Assembly: GCA_030248215.1 (NCBI GenBank)
Contig: JASANG010001519.1
Span: forward strand, 248,001-312,000
Reading direction: 5' to 3'
DNA: 64,000 bases
Source: Enoplolaimus lenunculus
Lineage: Eukaryota
A program made the position numbers and the translations under genes. The notes under the pieces were generated by a model. That model was given only the letters and a program-made list of their open reading frames with translations. It was not told where the DNA came from and did not search any database. Positions 57,060 through 64,000 of the stretch are shown piece by piece. Position 1 is the first letter of the stretch; each line of letters starts with the position of its first letter.

Positions 57060-57266
57060 GGTCCATGTATAGAAGAGGGCCGGATCGTTTTCCGGAGGGG
57101 CTATAATAGAGTCAGTTTAAGCTTACATTAATATTTTACTTAGGCTTAGACTTAGGCTTAAGCTTAGGAATAGACTCATCCATACGCTTAGGCCTAGCCT
57201 TAGGCTTAGGCTTAGGCTTAGGAATATGCTTATACTACTGTTTCGGCCCTGTTCTATACATGATCC
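57060..57266 (+). mobile_element. TTAGGC-bearing MITE, subfamily 1 (TIR GGCCCATGTATAGAACAGGGCCGGA)
   Basis: Perfect 8-bp TSD AGAACCGG. Other copies at 1-74 (partial), ~6105-6533, ~13232-13433, ~55975-56123 and ~59839-60036. Confidence 0.88.
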
Positions 57267-58407
57267 AGAACCGGAGTGTTTGAAAACTCAAAAACAGACT
57301 ACTATCGCTTCTGACTTTCCGTAACAGCGGTTCTATTATCGAACAAGTAAGCTCATTAAACATTGGATAAATATTAAAAATATTGAATCTAAATTTGAGT
57401 TTCGTTGAAACTCTGAAAAATATACAACATCATTTATCGAAGATAAAGCAAACAAAATTTACATTTAATAAGAAATCACTGAATATACACAAGCGTCTGC
57501 AGTGTATTTACGTTTAATTGCAGCAACAATATTTTGCTCAAATCGTTTGTGATAAGAGCTAAAATAAATAAATAAATAAAATTTTATAACTGCAGTGCGC
57601 TTGCATAATCTCTGTAATTTACGCTAATCTCTGAGAACATTACAATATTGATCAGAGCGCAGTTTTCGGTAGTAAGAAATTTTCACATTTCTTCTATTTT
57701 GTGTCTTTGTTGTTATTTTTGGCTTTGTTGTACTGCTACGAACCAATAACGAATGAACTCAAGAGGGCCAGGTATGTGTGTAAGAGGAGTCGTATCTGCT
57801 CACCCATAAGCTCTACACGAGTAGGTATATGGATTGAAATGTGTTTGAGAAATTCATCACAACGGTTCAGTTGGCTGAATGTTTCCCAGTTGCATACGGT
57901 AACACAATAATCCGGCGGTGCTAATGAGAGAGATGCTAAAACGAGACCAGTCCTCTTCAGAGGCGGATGCAAACATTTACTGACGGGGGGTAGAATGCTA
58001 AATGTTATGAAACGGAAAAAATTGTAAAATGGTAAGGAAGTACCTTAATATCATATTATCACCAAAAAATTCTACCGGAAAAAAGGTAAGGTGTTACAAA
58101 AAATACATTTTTTGGGAGAAAATTTTAGCGTACGAACGTTATTTTATTTTATCACCAAAAAATTCTTACAGTGGGACGCACGCCTCCCTCCGGATCCGTA
58201 CGTGAGCCTCTTTAGGTCGAAAACTTTTAGGCTAGTATACTCGTCAAAGATGAAGACTAAAACACTTCCTGTTTATCGTTTACTTAAGTTTCAGAACTGT
58301 ACGCGGGTTCGTTAGCAAGAATTCGTGCGAAGAAGTGTATACGGCGTACATATTTTGACAAATCATTGTCACATTGTTTGATATTTTGGAGTTTTACAAG
58401 ATTTGCA

Positions 58408-59112
58408 ACCACTTTGACCAGTTAAATTTACCACTTTGACCAGTTAAAATTACCACTTTGACCAGTTAAAATTACCACTTTGACCAGTTAAAATTACCAC
58501 TTTGACCAGTTAAAATTACCAATTTGACCAGTTAAAATTACCACTTTGACCACTTAAAATTACCACTTTGACCAGTTAAAATTACCACTTTGATGAGTTA
58601 AAATTCCCACTTTGACCAGTTAAAATTATCACTTTGACCAGTTAAAATTACCACTTTGACCAGTTAAAATTACCACTTTGACCAGTTAAAATTACCACTT
58701 TGACCAGTTAAAATTACCACTTTGACCAGTTAAAATTACCAATTTGACCACTTAAAATTACCACTTTGACCAGTTAAAATTACCACTTTGACCAGTTAAA
58801 ATTACCACTTTGACCAGTTAAAATTACCACTTTGACCAGTTAAAATTACCACTTTGACCAGTTAAAATTACCACTTTGACCAGTTAAAATTACCACTTTG
58901 ACCAGTTAAAATTACCACTTTGATGAGTTAAAATTCCCACTTTGACCAGTTAAAATTACCACTTTGACCAGTTAAAATTACCACTTTGACCAGTTAAAAT
59001 TACCACTTTGACCAGTTAAAATTACCACTTTGACCAGTTAAAATTACCACTTTGACCAGTTAAAATTACCACTTTGACCACTTAAAATTACCACTTTGAC
59101 CAGTTAAAATTA
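58408..59112. repeat. 22-bp minisatellite, about 32 copies
   Basis: Unit TTACCACTTTGACCAGTTAAAA, highly homogeneous. Confidence 0.97.
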
Positions 59113-61706
59113 AATAAAAAATACGAAAATTAAAAATAAAAAAATGCTATTTTAAAAGAATTCAAGCTCTGTAAGCGTCTGTGAAAGCTTCGCTGACATT
59201 TAAAGTCGGCATCAGGTAAAACATCAGACACAACTATTCAAACTAGCAGTAATTACCGTCTTTGTTGAATATTTGCTACTAATATTTGAAGCGTTTCAAA
59301 CAATTAATTGCTTCCAGAGAGAAAAGTTGTGTTTATCTAAAGTTTATTTGCATTTTCGGTTTGTTTAAGAAAATTATCATCAAAATAACCACGCAGCGGT
59401 ACTTACGTACCGGAGGGAAATTATTATAAATACGAAAATATTTTGACTAATTTCCAGCGAAGGCTGAGATTTTTTAGAAAAAAACCAACGTTGAAAGCAT
59501 GATTGGACCAATGTAAAGAACAGGGGCGGAACAGTATTGTAAGCATATTCCTAAGCATAAGCACTGAGCCTAAGCCTAAGCCTAAGCGTAAGAATGAGCA
59601 TATTCCTAAACCTAAGCCTAAGCCTAAGCCAAGCATAAAAATAGCCTAAAGCTTAAGCTTACTCTTTCTGGTCCCACAGAAAAATGTTCCGCCCCCGATC
59701 TTTACATGGGCCCATGTTTGTAACAAGATTACACACTTTATCAGTAAAATTGCATAAATGCAGAGACAGGTATATGCAAAGCTAGTTTTGGAAAAATATA
59801 TATTCTCAAAACATGTTTTACAAAAATGATACCAACTTTGGCCCATGTATAGAACAGGGCCGGAACAGTAGCATAAGCATATTCCTAAAGCCTAAGCCTA
59901 AGCGTATGAATGTACCTATTCCTAAACGTAAGCCTTAGTAGCAGCCTAAGCCTAAGCAAAAAATTAGTCTAAAGCTTAAACTGACTCTATTATAGCCACT
60001 CCGGAAAACTATCCGGCCCTGTTCTATACATGGGCCCAAATGATATCATTTGTGTAAAAATTTAAAATTTTTACACGAGAGATTAAACTTTTACCAAAAA
60101 GTGCGTGGGTATCTAATTCGCACTTTGCCTCGCTTATTTGCTTCTAAGCTAAACAGATATTTGTTCCCGTAATTGCATGTTTGTCGCAGCGTACGTAAAC
60201 TGCACAAACAACATATTTGTCTGTAAAAAGTTAAACTGAAACGAAACCAATCAGGCCAATTATAAGACTATGCCGGCAATCAACATAACGGTTATATCCA
60301 TGAATAATACTTCTCTCATGTACATTAAAATAAAAAAACTTGCATAACCATTTCCTTGCTTTCTGATGGGAGTTGTTCACTATCATTACTCGACTATAAC
60401 AGGTTGATGTTCGAGCTGAAAGGAATTGGCTCATGTAAATATCAGGGGCGGAACGTTTTTCTGTGGGTTGCAATAGAGTAAGCTTAAGCTTTAGACTAAT
60501 TTTTCGTTTGGCTTAGGCTTAGACTTAGGCTTAAGCTTAGGAATATGCTCTTTCTTACGCTTAGGCTTACGCTTAGGATTAGGCTTATACTTAGCAATAT
60601 GGTTATAATACTGTTCCGCCACTGTTCTTTACATTATCCAAGGGTTTCCACGTCTTTGATTCAGCTTGCTTTGCGCAATATTTTATCTAGCCTCAATATT
60701 CACAATTGCCCACATGGTAAGAATATATATTTACTTTTTAAATGTTGCACATAATGTGATCACGGCCAGAACGTTTTTCTGTGCTACTAGAAAAAAGTAA
60801 GTTTAAGCTTTAGACTGATTTTTGGCTTGGTTCAGGCTTAGACTTAGGCTTAAGCTTAGGAAAATGTTCATTCTTACGCTTAGGCTTACGCTTAGGATTA
60901 GGCCTATACTTAGGAATATGCTTATAATACTGTTTCGCCTCTATTCTTCACAGTGACGCAATACGCTGATTTTACCAATCAAAAATACCCGACGTACTGA
61001 TTCAACACGAAAGAAAACTGTTAAAAATAGCCGGTGAAAATTATTTGTTTTAGTTCCACACGAGATATGGTACAATTTTAGAACATTCATAAAAATAGAA
61101 AATATAGCCAGCAGGGTTTCTTAAAATTAAGAGATTTGCTGTTTTGTACAAAAAAATGAATGGAAAAAATATTTTTCCTGTCTTATATGAAGGCGTGCGA
61201 AGATAAAAGAAACGCTACATTTTGCTTTTAGATTGAGTAGAGTACAGTTAGCAAAGATATTTGGTTTGACAAAGCCGAAGCCTGTAGGCAATAAGCGTAT
61301 ACTTGGGCTTTTAGTCGAATGGCCTGCATATGTTAATATTAAATTAAAGTACTTTGATTGCTTACGAATTTTAGAATAAATCAAATATTTTATTTCGCTT
61401 TGTTTAGGTGTGACATTTGGACTGTTTTTAATCAAAATGTTGTGTTGATATTATTTTTGTTTCAGATATTCTAAGATGTACTAATGTTGCATCTCGAGCA
61501 GTGATATTTGGTTTTCGAAAATTGTAAAATTCCAGCTGCAAAATGTAAATTTTCAACCAACGTCGTATATTTTTAATAAGTCGTGTCAAGTTGGTTCCAA
61601 CAAAAAACAAGGCGATTCATCGTTTTCAACATTCAATACTAAAAGCGAAATTTTATTATTTATAAAGTTCTCTTTTCAAATCTTGAAATTAATTTTGGTG
61701 AAATAA

Positions 61707-61983
61707 AGCCCAATTCACACGTGCAAAATTCAGCTGTGAGAACTTGCAGCTGCAACTTGCACTTGCAAGTTTTGTCCTAAATCTCGTTCGAAAAACTTAC
61801 CACTTCAAATAATTCATTAAAAACCACACCTAGGAATTTAGTTCTCACATGTGTGAACAACCAGGCAAATTCATTGAATTTATTGCAGCCGCATTCTCAT
61901 TGGCTGATGAAAAAATGCAACTTCTGCGTACAATTTACACCTGTAAGTTCTCGCAGCAAAAACTTGCACGTGTGAATATGGCT
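61707..61983. mobile_element. PIF/Harbinger-like MITE, TTGCA/TGCAA-rich
   Basis: TAA|AGCCCAATTCACACGTGCAA...TTGCACGTGTGAATATGGCT|TTA (TWA target). Relatives at ~9120-9428, ~14850-14995, ~50705-51063, ~51250-51441 and ~51555-51910. Confidence 0.7.
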
Positions 61984-62325
61984 TTACCAATTCTTTTATA
62001 ATAAAAGTTTCTAAAATTTTTTATCACAATAACGGAGTCGTGGTGGGTGTCTGAAAACTTTTTGACATCATTCATTAAAATTTGTTCTAATTTTAACACT
62101 TCCACAGCTTTTCTGAAAAATATTGACAAATGTGTTATAGGTATTAATGGAAATACAAAACCTATACAGACACCGCTCAATTATTCTGTAGCTTGTCGAT
62201 ATCTCCATTATATTAAAAAGCACATTTTAGTGAATATCTTTCAGAAATGCTGCTGAAAAACTGTAATTTCCAACAGTGACTGCGAAATTTATGCAAATTT
62301 TGTCTAAATGTCACCCCGGTTTTGT

Positions 62326-62528
62326 GGCCCGTGTTACTTTAAGGGGCGTCCAGGTTTCTGGTGGGTCCATAAAAGAGTTGGTTTAGATTCTAGATTACAT
62401 TTTTTTGCTTAGGCTTAGGCTTATGCTAAGGTTTACGCTTAGGAACACATTTTTGCAACGTTTAGGCTTAGGTTTAGACTTAGGAATACGCTTAATCTAC
62501 TGTTACGCCCCTTGAAGTAACATTGGCC
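62326..62528 (+). mobile_element. TTAGGC-bearing MITE, subfamily 3
   Basis: Perfect 8-bp TSD GGTTTTGT. Further copies at ~48194-48380, ~53819-54023 and ~54202-54356. Confidence 0.88.
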
Positions 62529-63399
62529 GGTTTTGTTATAAAACAAACTACTTAAAATGAAAGTGGACAATGGTTGGCCAAATTTCACTATATGGACCTG
62601 TCCAGAGACACTGACGGGCTTAGAGACCGGGACGCTTATGCTTATGTTTGGCTAAAACCTTATGCTTTATTGTCAGGTTTAAGCTTAGACTTAAAATTAC
62701 TGCGCAAACCGTTACAGTTAACGCTCGAGTGCAAACATTAGCCTTCAAAACGGCACATAATTGCGGCAGAACGAACTAGAGCTAATTCAGCAAGCCACAC
62801 ACACGGTGTGTAAAATGTAAGTGGTTAACATTCGTTTGGCGTACCTTTAAAGGTTAAGGCTTTACGTCTTTTGGCCAATGTAAAGAACACGGGCGGAACA
62901 GAATTATAGCCATATTCCTGAGCCTAAGCCTAAGCGTAAGCGTAAGAATGAGCATATTCCTAAGGCTAAGCCTAAACCAAGCAAAAAAAAATTAGTCAAA
63001 CCTTAAGCTTACTCTATTGCAGTGCCATAATGCAAGAATTTTGCTAATTTACAGTGAATCATTGGCCGGGTTTTAGCAACTTTAAAATACTTATTTTAAT
63101 GAAATGAAATTTTTGAAAAGTCGGCTGTTACTCAAATTTCGTAACTTTTACGAGCGCTGCATATGAAACTGATTTATCAGCATTGCAACGTGTAACTCCC
63201 AGTTTAAAATTAATTAACATTATCGTTAATAACTCAGAAATCACGAACCAAACCAATGAAATCAAAACAACGGAATCCACATTGCAAGACGTACAGAAGG
63301 TATATTCTGTAACATTCATGCTTCAGAAATTTAAGATTTTGATGGCTAAAGCTTTTTTAAAGTATGCAGCACGTTCATTTTTAAACCACGCGAGATTGT

Positions 63400-63748
63400 A
63401 AAGGACAGGGACGCGCATTATCCTTGTATCGGTTAAAGGACTGGGACGCGCATTATCCTTGTATCGGTTAAAGGTCTGGGACGCGCATTATCCTTGTATC
63501 GGTTAAAGGTCTGGGACGCGCATTATCCTTGTATCGGTTAAAGGACTGGGACGCGCATTATCCTTGTATCGGTTAAAGGACTGGGACGCGCATTATCCTT
63601 GTATCGGTTAAAGGACTGGGACGCGCATTATCCTTGTATCGGTTAAAGGACTGGGACGCGCATTATCCTTGTATCGGTTAAAGGACTGGGACGCGCATTA
63701 TCCTTGTATCGATTAAAGGACTGGGACACGCATTATCCTTGTATCGGT
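63400..63748. repeat. 35-bp minisatellite, about 10 copies
   Basis: Unit AAAGGACTGGGACGCGCATTATCCTTGTATCGGTT. Confidence 0.97.
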
Positions 63749-64000
63749 CATAGGTTACGCAACACTTTACGTTTCTAATTAATTTTGTCCATCTCCCAGC
63801 TTAAAATATTAATTAACACTATCGTTAACTCAAAAATATAAAATCCAAATCAAAAATTAAAAATTAGAAGCATAATGCAAAGTTTACAATAACTTTTCAG
63901 TGCCTGCCACCGATTTATGCCGGTGTTGGGGTTACCTCACGTACACATTTTAAAGGCTAACGGAGAAACAGTCGTTACGGCGGGGCTAACGAGTGTACAT

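Noticed and set aside
57701..57910. Hydrophobic ORF with a KR site resembling a neuropeptide precursor
   Set aside because: It starts at GTG, has no in-frame ATG ahead of the hydrophobic stretch, and shows no recognisable peptide repeats.
53819..63027. TTAGGC density as a true telomere or chromosome-fusion scar
   Set aside because: The runs are short, occur in both orientations, and the intact ones are bracketed by TIRs and TSDs.
45331..63748. Tandem arrays as CRISPR loci
   Set aside because: The units are head-to-tail with no unique spacers, there are no cas genes, and the context is eukaryotic.

Overview
This is AT-rich, intron-rich eukaryotic DNA, most likely from a nematode with a repeat-rich genome. 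The evidence is TTAGGC hexamers, TTTCAG/TTTTAG splice acceptors and an astacin-ShK gene; the taxon is my inference. Six genes were reconstructed by hand: the last exon of MRPS17 (+), an 11-exon astacin metalloprotease with two ShK domains (-), CCDC22 (+), an intronless COX20 (+), a 17-exon DHX8/PRP22 helicase (-) and a 4-exon secreted Argos/giant-lens-like protein (-). Introns and the gene-poor last ~17 kb are saturated with non-autonomous DNA transposons (Merlin-like, hAT-like, CAC-ended CMC-like, Tc/mariner-like, piggyBac-like, Harbinger-like), plus a LINE fragment, tRNA-derived heads and three tandem arrays. Three observations stand out. (1) More than 20 copies of an 8-bp-TSD, GG..CC-ended MITE group carry the telomeric hexamer TTAGGC as internal cargo. 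(2) An Argos-like protein is present in a probable nematode. (3) A 49-bp tandem array multiplies that gene's intron-1 splice acceptor about 17 times, and only the last acceptor gives an intact protein.
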